From an uncultured delta proteobacterium (GTDB taxonomy: Bacteria; Myxococcota_A; Polyangia; Polyangiales; JAFGIB01), in contig CAVZVA010000010.1 in the NCBI GenBank assembly GCA_963778655.1, positions 1,712,426 through 1,776,425 on the forward strand: DNA of 64,000 nucleotides, given 5' to 3'. Shown piece by piece: positions 20,765-34,939 of this stretch. Under the pieces are notes generated by a model. That model saw nothing but the letters and a program-made list of their open reading frames with translations. It searched no databases and was not told the DNA's origin. The number at the start of each line of letters is the position of its first letter. The stretch's first letter is position 1. The translations under genes were made by a program, and so were the position numbers.

Positions 20765-20849
20765 GGCCCGCGTTCGGCTCTGGCAAGGCGCGAAAATCGC
20801 AGGCGTTTGACCGCCCGCACCGGGATCGACACTAGCTGCGCAAAAGCGC

Positions 20850-20877
20850 TTGACGCCGAGGCAAGCGCGAGTAGAGT
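20850..20877 (+). promoter_or_regulatory. rRNA operon promoter P1 (putative)
   Basis: TTGACG, 16-bp spacer, TAGAGT, followed by a C/G-rich discriminator. Confidence 0.6.
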
Positions 20878-20959
20878 CCGCCACCCACGGTCGGGAACGC
20901 GGATGCTGCCATGCAGTACCGCGAGGCCCGGCGGACCTCGGATACGGGTCGGAAATAGC

Positions 20960-20988
20960 TTGACCTTGTAACTGTGTTCCGCTAGCCT
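20960..20988 (+). promoter_or_regulatory. rRNA operon promoter P2 (putative)
   Basis: TTGACC, 17-bp spacer, TAGCCT. Confidence 0.5.
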
Positions 20989-21016
20989 ACTCCGCCCCGG
21001 TCTACGGACCGCCTCG

Positions 21017-21032
21017 GTCTTTGAAAACTGAA
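21017..21032 (+). promoter_or_regulatory. BoxA-like antitermination element / 16S processing-stem arm
   Basis: GTCTTTGAAAACTGAA; complementary to TTCAGTTTTCAGGGA at about 22771-22785; further boxA-like copies at 22794 and 23188. Confidence 0.65.
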
Positions 21033-21139
21033 TCGGAGACAAGCCAATCGCGAATGGTCGGGTCTCGTCGGTCCAAAAGGCCGACAGCCGAACGAAGCCC
21101 GAGATGGCTTCGAGCCATCAGGGTCAATGCTCACAGTTT

Positions 21140-22705
<1,566 letters not shown>

Positions 22706-22948
22706 CGAACCCTCCACCGGCAACGGTTGGAGGTAGCTCGGTCAAGCCCGTCATTCGGGCAAGTCTCCGGTTCAGTTTTCAGGGACTGATGCCGCTCTTT
22801 GAAAAACGCGAGCATCGGTGAGTGGCTGCAGGGAGGATCGCGCGATTCTTCTGCCGGCCCCGCGGGGATCCTCCGAGGAGGGTCCAGCATGGCAGCGCCT
22901 CCGCGCGGCACGGATTTGGCGGTCCCGCGGTCAGCGAACCCACCCCAC

Positions 22949-23022
<74 letters not shown>

Positions 23023-23067
23023 CCGAGCGCCCACGCGCTCGAGCGCCGTGCGCCTCCGAACGCCGAC

Positions 23068-23140
23068 GGGGCTGTAGCTCAGCTGGGAGAGCGCCGGCTT
23101 TGCAAGCCGGAGGTCGTCGGTTCGATCCCGATCAGCTCCA
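23068..23140 (+). tRNA. tRNA-Ala(TGC)
   Basis: GGGGCTGTAGCTCAG...TTTGCAAG...GTTCGATC...AGCTCCA; G3-U70 pair; CCA not encoded. Confidence 0.97.
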
Positions 23141-23340
23141 CCCGATGATTTGGACACGCTGCTGCCTGGCGTGCTCAAGCCGAGCCCGCTCTTTGACAAC
23201 TGAATAGGAACTCCGAGTAACGAAGTCGCACCTATCGCGACTTCGTTCGTAGACCGCAGATGATCAGACTGGTGTTTGCCGCAAGCTTGGTCTTGCGACG
23301 AACCCCGGTCTCGAGTCATCGATGCGTGCCTTAGGGAAAA

Positions 23341-26339
<2,999 letters not shown>

Positions 26340-26436
26340 TTCTCTGAGGCAAGCGTTGAAACGATTCGAGATCGGGGTTGGGAGCAAGACAGCGAATCCC
26401 AGCCCGATCGCTACGGTCACGGAGCTCCAAAGGATT

Positions 26437-26553
26437 TTCGGTGGCAACGTCGGAGGGGTCATACCCGATCCCATCCCGAACTCGGAAGTCAAGCCCTCCA
26501 GAGCCGATGGTACTGCGTGGGTAACTACGTGGGAGAGTAGGACGCCGCCGGAA
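26437..26553 (+). rRNA. rrf: 5S ribosomal RNA
   Basis: CCCATCCCGAACTCGGAAGTCAAG, GCCGATGGTACTG, GGGAGAGTAGGACGCCGCC. Confidence 0.98.
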
Positions 26554-26561
26554 TTAATGTG

Positions 26562-26600
26562 GAAACCCCACCTCATCCGAGGTGGGGTTTCGTTTTAATT
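26562..26600 (+). terminator. Rho-independent terminator of the rRNA operon
   Basis: 13-bp stem GAAACCCCACCTC/GAGGTGGGGTTTC followed by GTTTTAATTT. Confidence 0.9.
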
Positions 26601-26601
26601 T

Positions 26602-26679
26602 CGGGAAGGCGACGCGCCCTTCGCGCCCGTCCGGCGAAGCCGTTCGGGACCCAGCCATCCGTGGGGCTCGCTGCGCTCG
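26602..26679. repeat. Diverged copy of structured element family A
   Basis: cgggaaggcgacgcgcccttc...ccggcgaagccgttcgggacccagccatccgtggggctcgctgcgctcg is collinear with the 16834-16911 unit. Confidence 0.65.
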
Positions 26680-26706
26680 GTCACAGCGGGCGATTTGGCT
26701 CTGGCC

Positions 26707-28800
26707 TCACGCGACGGTGGAACCGGGCTCGCCGTCGGAAGTGACCGGCAGCAGCTTGCCCTCGCGGTTCTTGGCCATCAGCAGCATGCCCTGGCTCTCG
26801 AGGCCGAGCATCTTGCGTGGCGCCAGGTTCGCCACCACCACCAGCTTCTTGCCCACCAGGTCCTCGGGCCGCAGGTGCTCGGCCACCCCCGCCAGGACCT
26901 GGCGCTGCTCGAAGCCGAGGTCGACGTCGCAGCGCAGCAGCTTCTTGGACTTGGGCACGGGCTCGGCGGCGAGCACCAGCCCCACGCGCAGGTCGAGCTT
27001 GGCGAAGTCGTCGTACTGGATGGGCGCGCCCAGCGGGGGGTAGGGCAGGGCGGCCGCCCGCGCGCCCTGCTGCGTCGCCAGCAGCTTGTCGAGCTGAACC
27101 TGGATCGCGGCGTCCTCAATCTTGGTGAACAGGATCTCGGGCTCGCCCAGGCGCTGGCCCGCCGGCAGCAGATAGCGGCTGGCGTCGCTCCAGCCGAGGC
27201 CGCTGGCCCCAGCGCGCTCGCTCGAGCGCACGGGCGCGAGATTGAGCATCTTGCGCATGCGTTGCGCGGTGAAGGGCAAGAACGGCTCGCACAGGATGCT
27301 GAGCGAGGCGCAGATCTGAAGGCAGACGTAGATGGTCTCGGCGCACTTCTGCGGGTCGCGTTCGCGCGTGGCCCACGGGGCCTCGTCGTTGAAGTACTTG
27401 TTCGCCCTGCGGGCGAAGTCCATCACCACGTTGCCCGCCTCGCGGAAGCGGTAGTGCTCGATGTGCGATCCGATCTGGCCCGGGGCGTGCTCGAAGGCGT
27501 CGGCGATTTCCGGGCTGCCTCGGGTGCCCCAATCGCAGTCGGGCACCGTTCCCTGCAGAAAGCGCTTCGCGAAGGTTACCGTGCGGTTGACGAGGTTGCC
27601 GAATGTGTCGGCCAGCTCGTTGTTGACCCGCGCCTGCATGTCCTTCCAGCTGAAGTCGGAGTCCTTGGTCTCGGGCAGCACCGAGAGTAGGGCGTAGCGC
27701 AGGTAGTCGGGCGGGAAGGCCTCCAGGGCCTCGTGCAACCAGACCGCCCAGCCGCGGCTGGTCGAGAGCTTCTTGCCCTCGAGGTTCAGGAACTCGTTGG
27801 CGGGCACGTCTCCGGGCAGGACGTAGCCGCCGTGCATGTGCAGCATCGCGGGGAAGATGATGCAGTGGAAGACGATGTTGTCCTTGCCGATGAAGTGGAC
27901 CAGCTTGGTGTCCTCGGCCTGCCAGTATGGCTTCCAGGCTTCGGGGTCGCCTTGCTGCTCGGCCCACTCGCGCGTGGCCGAGATGTAGCCGATCGGCGCG
28001 TCGAACCAGACGTAGAGCACCTTGCCGCTGGCGTCCACGCCGGCGGCCTGGGCGACGTCGGCGGGCACGGGCACGCCCCAGGACAGATCGCGGGTCATCG
28101 AGCGATCGACCAGGCCCTCCTTGAGCCAGCTGCGCGCCTGGCCGAGCACGTTGGTCTTCCAGTCCGGATGGGCGTCCAGGAACTGTTCGAGCCAGGGCTG
28201 CTGGCCCGAGAGCGACAAGTACCAGTGCGTGGTCTCGCGCAGCTCCGGCTTGGCATTGGTGATCGCGCTGCGCGGGCCGATCAGCTCCTTGGGGCTGAGC
28301 GTGCGGCCGCACTTCTCGCACTGGTCGCCGTAGGCGTCCTGGTAGCCGCAGCTGGGGCAGGTGCCGTGCACGAAGCGATCCGCAAGGAACATCTTTGCTT
28401 CGGGGTCGTAGAGCTGCGGCTCGGACTTGAGCGTGAAGGCGCCCTGCTGCGCCATGTGCCGAAAGAAGTCCTGGCTGGTCTCGCGATGCCTTTGCGACGA
28501 GGTACGGCCGTAGTAGTCGAAGCTCACGCCGAGCTTGGCGAACGCGTCACGCAGCACCGGGTGATAGCGGTCGACCAGCGCTTGCGGGCTGATGCCCTCC
28601 TGGCGCGCGCGCATCATGATCGCCACGCCGTGCTCGTCCGAGCCGCAGATGAACCGCACGTCGCGGCCCATCAGACGCTGGTACCGGCAGTAGATGTCGG
28701 CCGGCAAGTAGGCGCCGGCGATGTGTCCGAGGTGCGCCGGGCCGTTTGCGTATGGCAGCGCCGCGGTCACCAGAATGCGCGCGTATTCGTCGTCGGCCAT
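26707..28800 (-). CDS. metG: Methionine--tRNA ligase with C-terminal tRNA-binding domain
   Basis: ALPYANGPAHLGH, CGSDEHG, zinc-knuckle cysteines, YVWFDAPIGY, KLSTS, C-terminal OB fold (DLRVG...NLAPRKM). Confidence 0.97.
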   Translation of the reverse strand: MADDEYARILVTAALPYANGPAHLGHIAGAYLPADIYCRYQRLMGRDVRFICGSDEHGVAIMMRARQEGISPQALVDRYHPVLRDAFAKLGVSFDYYGRTSSQRHRETSQDFFRHMAQQGAFTLKSEPQLYDPEAKMFLADRFVHGTCPSCGYQDAYGDQCEKCGRTLSPKELIGPRSAITNAKPELRETTHWYLSLSGQQPWLEQFLDAHPDWKTNVLGQARSWLKEGLVDRSMTRDLSWGVPVPADVAQAAGVDASGKVLYVWFDAPIGYISATREWAEQQGDPEAWKPYWQAEDTKLVHFIGKDNIVFHCIIFPAMLHMHGGYVLPGDVPANEFLNLEGKKLSTSRGWAVWLHEALEAFPPDYLRYALLSVLPETKDSDFSWKDMQARVNNELADTFGNLVNRTVTFAKRFLQGTVPDCDWGTRGSPEIADAFEHAPGQIGSHIEHYRFREAGNVVMDFARRANKYFNDEAPWATRERDPQKCAETIYVCLQICASLSILCEPFLPFTAQRMRKMLNLAPVRSSERAGASGLGWSDASRYLLPAGQRLGEPEILFTKIEDAAIQVQLDKLLATQQGARAAALPYPPLGAPIQYDDFAKLDLRVGLVLAAEPVPKSKKLLRCDVDLGFEQRQVLAGVAEHLRPEDLVGKKLVVVANLAPRKMLGLESQGMLLMAKNREGKLLPVTSDGEPGSTVA

Positions 28801-28952
28801 GGCCGCGACTTTACACCAACGCTTCGATACGTCGACCGCGCGCGCGCTCCCGCAGCGCGCGAGGGCGCCCTTTCGTTTCGGGCCGGAGCTGGCATAATCG
28901 CGCACGGGGTCGCCCCTGCACGAGGACCCCGCAGCATCCCGGCCCGGTCGCT

Positions 28953-31445
28953 TTGCAGATTCGCCGTAACGCTCTTCGGGGCCTCGTCGCCGTGCCGCTG
29001 GTGGTGGGCGGTGGCGTGGCCGTGCTGTTGTGGCTGCCCAAGCTGGTGCGCGGGCAGGTCGCGGCGCGGCTGCAGGCGCGCACCGGCCTGCCGGCCAAGG
29101 TCTCCGAGGTCTCGCTCGGCTTCGGCTCGGTCGCGCTGCAGCGCATCGAGCTGGGCGCGGGCGCGGGCCCGCACCTGCTCGCCAAGGACATCACGTTCGA
29201 AGGCAATCCGCTCTCGCTCGCGCTGCGCGGCTCGCGCGGGTTGCGCAGCGTGCACGTGGGCGAGCTCGACCTGCGCGTGCCCGTGCAGAGCGCGCAGGCC
29301 AAGCAGCGGATGCTCGCGCGCCGGCATCGCGCACACGATGCTGCGGCCGAGCGCGCCACGCTGCCCGCGCTGCGCGTGGACCACATGCAGATCGAGCTCG
29401 GCGATGCGGCCGGCGAGCTGGTGCAGGTGCGCGGCGGGCCGGTGCAGCTCGACGACGGTGGCGCGCGCGTCGAGTTGCAGAGCGTACGGCTGGGCGCGGC
29501 GCCAGCGAGCGTGCTCGAGCTGGAGCGCATCGGCGCGCAGGCCGCGCACGGGCCCAAGGGACTGGCGCTGCGCCGCATGCGCGTGGCGAGCGCCAAGCTG
29601 CGGCTGGCCGCTCCGCGCTCGCCTCCTGCCCCGCCTGCGTCCGCGGCGCCGGGCGCTGCAGCGGCCCCGACACCCGCGCCCGCGCTCACGACGTGGCAGC
29701 GGCTGCGGGCGCTCGCGCGGCAGCTGGCTCCGGGCGGACCCCCGCGGGCTCCGAGCGGGGCTGCAGCGCAAAGGAAGCCCGGCTCGGGGCTGCTCGAGCG
29801 CTTGGCCGGCGACGCCGCGCTCACGCTCGAAGACGCCAGCGTGCGCGGCGGCGCGGGCGGCGCGCCAATCTTGCAGGGGCTGCGCGCCACGCTGGCGGTG
29901 AAGTCCGGCGGCGCGCTGGCCTTCGCGGGCAGCGGCAAGGCGCAGGGCGGCGGGATCGTGCACTGGGACCTCAGCGTGCACCCCCAGGAGGCTCGGGCCG
30001 ACGGTCAGGTCGAGCTGCGCTCGCTGCCGCTCAGCCTGTTGGCACCTTTTCTGCCGTCCGTGCCCTGGTACGAGCCGGAGGCGGGTCGGGTCGACGCCGA
30101 GCTCGTGATCAAGACCGAGCCCGCGCAGGGGATCGCGTTTTCGGGCAGCGCGAGCCTGACCGACGCGGCCATCTCCTCGCCGCGCATCTCGGCCGAGCCG
30201 GTGCGCGGGATCGATGTGACCCTGCGCGGCAAGGGCCGCTTTCTTCCGCTCGCGCACCGGCTCGAGATCGCGCAAGGCGAGATCGGGCTCGGCGAGGCCA
30301 CGCTCAACGTGTCGGGTGCGGTGGAGTGGAGCGCCGACCACTATCTGTTCGACATCGACGCCTCGCTGCCGCCGACCCCGTGCACCAAGGCGGTGCAGGC
30401 GATTCCCGAGGATCTGCTGGGCGACATGGTGCTCGCCACCTGGCAGGGCAAGCTCGCAGGCCATCTGCGTCTGAAGCTCGACTCGCGCGCGCTCGACGAC
30501 ACGGTGCTGACGATCGAGCCGGTGGACCACTGCGAGTTCGTCACGGTGCCGGCGCTGGCTGATCTGCGGCGTTTTCGCATGCCGTTCATCCACTCGGTCG
30601 AGGAGCCCGACGGGACGCTGTTCGAGATGGAGACTGGGCCGGGCACCCCGGAGTGGACGTTTCTCGAGGATATCAGCCCGTTCTTCGTGCACGCCGTGCT
30701 GGCGCACGAGGACGCCGGCTTCTTTTCGCACCACGGCTTCTCGCCGCGCCACATTCGCGAGGCGCTGATCCGCGACCTCAAGGAAGGTCGTTACGTGGTC
30801 GGCGCCAGCACCATCACCATGCAGCTGGTCAAGAACGTGTTCCTGCACCGCGAAAAGACGCTCGCGCGCAAGATCCAGGAGGTGCTGCTGACCTGGTGGA
30901 TCGAGCGCGTGATGGACAAGCGCGACATCATCGAGCTTTACCTGAACGTGATCGAGTTCGGGCCCAGCGTCTACGGCATTCGCAACGCGGCGCGCCACTA
31001 CTTCAATCGCCTACCGTCTCAGCTCTCCCCGGCCGAGTCGATCTTCCTGGCGACCATCCTGCCCAACCCCAAGCGCTACCACTCGTTCTTCGAGCGCGGG
31101 GCGCTCTCGCCGGCCTGGATCGATCAGATGCGGCACATGCTGCTGCGGATGCGTGAGCGCGGTTGGTACAGCCCCGAGGCGGTCGACTACGGGCTCAAGG
31201 AGCTGCAGAATTTCCGCTTCGTGCCCGAGGGCACGATCGTCGCGCCGCGACAGATCCCGGGCCACGCGGCGCCGCTGCCGTACATGCAGAGCTACGCGCA
31301 GCAGCCGGGCTGGGGCGAGGACAGCACGCTCGAGCCCGGGCCGGGGCCGAGCGAGGACGGTAGCTTCGAGGCGCCGAAGAAGGCGAAGCCGGTGGCGGCG
31401 CCAGGCGCGTCCCGGCCGCAGCCGCCGCGGGCGGCTCAGCGGTAG
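28953..31445 (+). CDS. Membrane-anchored monofunctional peptidoglycan glycosyltransferase (GT51) with a long beta-rich N-terminal region
   Basis: EDAGFFSHHGF, GASTITMQLVKN, RKIQE, IIELYLNVIEFG motifs; no transpeptidase domain; start codon uncertain. Confidence 0.85.
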   Translation: MQIRRNALRGLVAVPLVVGGGVAVLLWLPKLVRGQVAARLQARTGLPAKVSEVSLGFGSVALQRIELGAGAGPHLLAKDITFEGNPLSLALRGSRGLRSVHVGELDLRVPVQSAQAKQRMLARRHRAHDAAAERATLPALRVDHMQIELGDAAGELVQVRGGPVQLDDGGARVELQSVRLGAAPASVLELERIGAQAAHGPKGLALRRMRVASAKLRLAAPRSPPAPPASAAPGAAAAPTPAPALTTWQRLRALARQLAPGGPPRAPSGAAAQRKPGSGLLERLAGDAALTLEDASVRGGAGGAPILQGLRATLAVKSGGALAFAGSGKAQGGGIVHWDLSVHPQEARADGQVELRSLPLSLLAPFLPSVPWYEPEAGRVDAELVIKTEPAQGIAFSGSASLTDAAISSPRISAEPVRGIDVTLRGKGRFLPLAHRLEIAQGEIGLGEATLNVSGAVEWSADHYLFDIDASLPPTPCTKAVQAIPEDLLGDMVLATWQGKLAGHLRLKLDSRALDDTVLTIEPVDHCEFVTVPALADLRRFRMPFIHSVEEPDGTLFEMETGPGTPEWTFLEDISPFFVHAVLAHEDAGFFSHHGFSPRHIREALIRDLKEGRYVVGASTITMQLVKNVFLHREKTLARKIQEVLLTWWIERVMDKRDIIELYLNVIEFGPSVYGIRNAARHYFNRLPSQLSPAESIFLATILPNPKRYHSFFERGALSPAWIDQMRHMLLRMRERGWYSPEAVDYGLKELQNFRFVPEGTIVAPRQIPGHAAPLPYMQSYAQQPGWGEDSTLEPGPGPSEDGSFEAPKKAKPVAAPGASRPQPPRAAQR

Positions 31446-32116
31446 CCCGAGATCAGCGCCTGGCTCAGCACGTACCAGCCGTCGACCAGCACGAACAGCA
31501 GCAGCTTGAACGGCAGCGCCACCACAGCGGGCTGCAGGCCCGACATGCCGAGCGCGAGCAGGATGCTGGCCACCACCAGATCGATCACCACGAACGGCAG
31601 CAGCACCAGCAGGCCGATCTGAAACGCCTCCTTGAGCTCGGTGATCAGGAATGCCGGCAGCGTTACGGTGAGGTCGGTCTCGCTGACCTCGGCGCGCTGC
31701 GCGGGCGGGCGGGCGCGTCGGGCGAGATCGAGGAATAGCGCGCGCTCGGCCTTGCCCGCATTGCGCCCGAGGAAAGCCGCGAGCGGCGGCTTGGCCAGCT
31801 CGAGCGCCTGCAGCGCAGCCTTGCGGCTCTCGCCCGCGAGCGGATCCTCGAGGTCGATGCGCGCGCCCGCGGGCGCTGCGGCGGCCAGCATCTGGCGCGC
31901 AACCGGCGTCATCACGTACACGCTCAGGATCGCCGCCAGCGCGGTCACGATCGCGCCCGAGGGCACGTCCGGCACCCCGAGCGCGTTGCGCAGCAACGAC
32001 AGTACCACCATGATCTTCGCGAAGCTGGTGGCCGCCATCAGCAGCAGCGGCAGCAGCGAGAGCGCGCCGATCGCGAGCAGGGTGGAGCCGGACAGCCCGG
32101 CGGCGTGGCTAGGCAT
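31436..32116 (-). CDS. fliP: FliP/SctR-family type III export-gate protein
   Basis: ATSFAKIMVVLSLLRNALG, PAFLITELKEAFQIG, LPFKLLLFVLVDGW. Confidence 0.92.
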   Translation of the reverse strand: MPSHAAGLSGSTLLAIGALSLLPLLLMAATSFAKIMVVLSLLRNALGVPDVPSGAIVTALAAILSVYVMTPVARQMLAAAAPAGARIDLEDPLAGESRKAALQALELAKPPLAAFLGRNAGKAERALFLDLARRARPPAQRAEVSETDLTVTLPAFLITELKEAFQIGLLVLLPFVVIDLVVASILLALGMSGLQPAVVALPFKLLLFVLVDGWYVLSQALISGYR

Positions 32117-32480
32117 GCGGGGCCGCTCCCCCGCGCTCGCCCGGCGCCGCCGCGCCCGCCGCGGGCTCGAGCACGCTCGGATCGAGCTCGGCGATCAGTC
32201 GCGGGGGGCCGCCGTCGCCAGTGCCGATCAGCAGCAGACGCCCGCCGGCGCGTACCAGATATAGGTTCTTGCGTGGCTCGAGCGCGAGCCGGCCGAGCAC
32301 GCGCAGCGCGAGCGGCTCGGATGCGGCCAGCGTTCCGAAGCCGCGCCGCGCTAGCCAGCGCAGCGAGACCCAGATCAGCCCGCACACGGCCGCCAGCGCC
32401 AGCACCGTGCGCAGCAGGTCGAGCAGCAAGCCCGTAGTGCCGAGCGGAGCCGCGGCCTGCTGCAGCAGCAGCGCGGGCAT
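32109..32480 (-). CDS. fliO: FliO-like protein
   Basis: TM helix, then LRVLGRLALEPRKNLYLVRAGGRLLLIG; overlaps the fliP start. Confidence 0.8.
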   Translation of the reverse strand: MPALLLQQAAAPLGTTGLLLDLLRTVLALAAVCGLIWVSLRWLARRGFGTLAASEPLALRVLGRLALEPRKNLYLVRAGGRLLLIGTGDGGPPRLIAELDPSVLEPAAGAAAPGERGGAAPHA

Positions 32481-32618
32481 CACGCGCCGGGCTCCCGCGC
32501 TGCAGGCCCCAAGAGCGCCTTCAGGCTCAGGCCGCGCGCCCGATACGCCGGTCCGCGCGGCGCTCGACCCCGCGGCCCCCACGCGCACCCGGCTCTGCCC
32601 GCCCCCCCGGCCACCGCC

Positions 32619-34775
32619 TCACTCCGCGGCCTGGGCCTTTTCCGTGTCGTCCTGGGCCACCGATTCGGCCAGCAGCTCGGCGATGTCCTTCTGCTGGATC
32701 GACTCTTCCTTGTCGTTGGCCTTGAGCCCGTCGGTCAGCATGGTCATGCAGAAGGGGCAGCCGCTGGCGATGGTCTGCGCGCCGGTCTCCAGCAGTTGCA
32801 GCGTGCGCTTGACGTTGACGCGCTTCTCGCCCTGCTCCTCCATGAACATTTGCGCGCCGCCGGCGCCGCAGCACAGGCCCTTGTTGCGGTTCCAGTAGCT
32901 GACCTCGTGCAGGGCGACGCCGGGAATGGCCTCCAGCACCTTGCGCGGCGCATCGTAGACGTCGTTGTAGCGTCCGAGGTAGCAGCTGTCGTGGAACGCG
33001 ACCGAGCGCTCGACGCGGTTTTTGGGCAGCAGGCGCTTTGCGTCGATCAGCTCGGAGAGCAACGTGCTGTGGTGCACCACCTCGTACTTGCCGCCGAAGT
33101 CCGGGTACTCGTTGAGCAAGCTGTTGAAGCAGTGCGGGCAGGTGGTGACGATTTTCTTCTTCTCCACCTCGTACTGCTTGAGCGTCTCGACGTTCTGCTG
33201 CGCCAGGGTCTGGAACAGGTACTCATTGCCCGCCCGCCGCGCCGGGTCGCCGGTACAGCTCTCTTCGGTGCCGAGGATTGCGAAGTCGACGCCCGCTTGC
33301 TGCATCAGCTTGGCGGTCGCGCGCGCGATCTTCTTGGCGCGGTCGTCGTAGCTGGCGGCGCAGCCGACCCAGTACAGCACCTCTGCATCGGGCTTGTCGC
33401 TCATCAGCGGAATGCCGAGCCCGTCTGCCCAGCCCGCGCGGTCGCTCGCTGCCAGGTTCCAGGGGTTGCCGTTGGTCTCCAGGCCGTTGAAGGGCTTCTG
33501 CAGCTCGGCCGGGAATTCGTTCTTCATCATCACCTGGTCGCGGCGCATCTGCACGATCTTGTCGACGTAGCTGATCATCACCGGGCACTGCTCCTCGCAG
33601 GCGCGGCAGGTGGTGCAGGCCCAGATCACGTCCGGGTTGAGGATGTTCGGCACCAGATCGACGATCGTGTCGGAGGTGTAATAGGCGTCCTTGGGTGGGT
33701 CGGCGTGGTGCAGCTCGTGCTTCTCGCCGTCCTGCGCGCCGTCCTCGCCGGCCGGCGGCGCGGCCGGATTCATCGTCTCGGGCTTGAGCAGCACCGGCTC
33801 GCACGCGTACAGGTGATCGCGCAGCGCCAGCGTCAGGTGCTTGGGCGACAGCTTCTTGTCGGTGGTGTAGGCCGGGCAGTTGTCGCTGCAGCGGCCGCAC
33901 TCGGTGCAGGTGTAGAGATCGAGCACGTCCTTCCAGCTCAGGTCGGTCACCTTGACCAGCCCGATCGGCTCCTCGCGCTCGACCTTGCCTTCGAGGTCCT
34001 CGGTCGTCGGCAGCTTGTTGGGCTCGAGGTTGCGGGCGAAGACGTTGCCGACTGCGGTGATGATGTGGAAGTGCTTCGAATACGGCAGGATGTTGAGGAA
34101 GATCAGCACGAACGCGGAGTGCCACCAGAAGCCCAGGTGCATCAGGAAGCGCAGGGTGGGGCCCCCCAAGTCGAGCCCGCCGAGCCACAACGCCCAGGCC
34201 GAGGCAACCGGCTCGACCAGGCTGAGCTGCACCGGCTCGCCCGAGCCGCGGTGCTCGAGCACGATGCGCGCGCCGTTGTAGAGCATGTCGGCCAGCATCA
34301 TGGTGATGATGATGCCGAGGATCAGCAGGCCCTCGAAGCCCAGCGTCATGCGGCGCTGCTTGTTGATGACGCGGTAGTAGACGAAGACCGCCGAGCCCGC
34401 GATCACCAGGACCAGGAAGATCTCCTTGAGCACGTTGTAGAGGACGCCGAACCAGTTATCGAGCGCGAGCAGACCCCAGAAATCGAAGCCGACGTCGTAG
34501 CCGCGGCCCCACAGCAGCACGCTGTTGAGCAACAGCACCTGAAAGCCCGCGAAGATCAGGATGTGCGCGATGCCCGCGCTGCGGTAGTAGGGCATCTTCT
34601 TCTGGCCCAGGGCGTAGACCAGGGTGTCGCGGATGCGCCGGCCGAGCTCCGCGCCCTGCACGCTGAAGCGGGGCTCGCCGGGGCCCAGCGTGGCCAGCTT
34701 GAAGCGACGCACCGCCGACCAGGCGAACAGCCCCGGCAGCACGATCAGCATGACGGTCATGGCGACTGGATTCAT
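32619..34775 (-). CDS. Membrane Fe-S oxidoreductase (FadF/HdrD-like: TM domain, 2x[4Fe-4S], CCG domains)
   Basis: CTECGRCSDNCP, CTTCRACEEQCP, HDSCYLGR, CCGAGG, CPFC. Confidence 0.92.
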   Translation of the reverse strand: MNPVAMTVMLIVLPGLFAWSAVRRFKLATLGPGEPRFSVQGAELGRRIRDTLVYALGQKKMPYYRSAGIAHILIFAGFQVLLLNSVLLWGRGYDVGFDFWGLLALDNWFGVLYNVLKEIFLVLVIAGSAVFVYYRVINKQRRMTLGFEGLLILGIIITMMLADMLYNGARIVLEHRGSGEPVQLSLVEPVASAWALWLGGLDLGGPTLRFLMHLGFWWHSAFVLIFLNILPYSKHFHIITAVGNVFARNLEPNKLPTTEDLEGKVEREEPIGLVKVTDLSWKDVLDLYTCTECGRCSDNCPAYTTDKKLSPKHLTLALRDHLYACEPVLLKPETMNPAAPPAGEDGAQDGEKHELHHADPPKDAYYTSDTIVDLVPNILNPDVIWACTTCRACEEQCPVMISYVDKIVQMRRDQVMMKNEFPAELQKPFNGLETNGNPWNLAASDRAGWADGLGIPLMSDKPDAEVLYWVGCAASYDDRAKKIARATAKLMQQAGVDFAILGTEESCTGDPARRAGNEYLFQTLAQQNVETLKQYEVEKKKIVTTCPHCFNSLLNEYPDFGGKYEVVHHSTLLSELIDAKRLLPKNRVERSVAFHDSCYLGRYNDVYDAPRKVLEAIPGVALHEVSYWNRNKGLCCGAGGAQMFMEEQGEKRVNVKRTLQLLETGAQTIASGCPFCMTMLTDGLKANDKEESIQQKDIAELLAESVAQDDTEKAQAAE

Positions 34776-34939
34776 GGCGATTTCCGATCCTTCGGCAGGG
34801 CGCGCGCGTGCGCCGATGGGCTACGCGATTGCCTACTAAAGCCCGGCTCCCGCGAAGTCAACGTGTGGCACCGGCCCGCGTGCCGCGTGCTCGCGGTGCG
34901 AGCCGAGGTCCGCTCGCGGCGTTGCCGGGCCAGCGCCGC

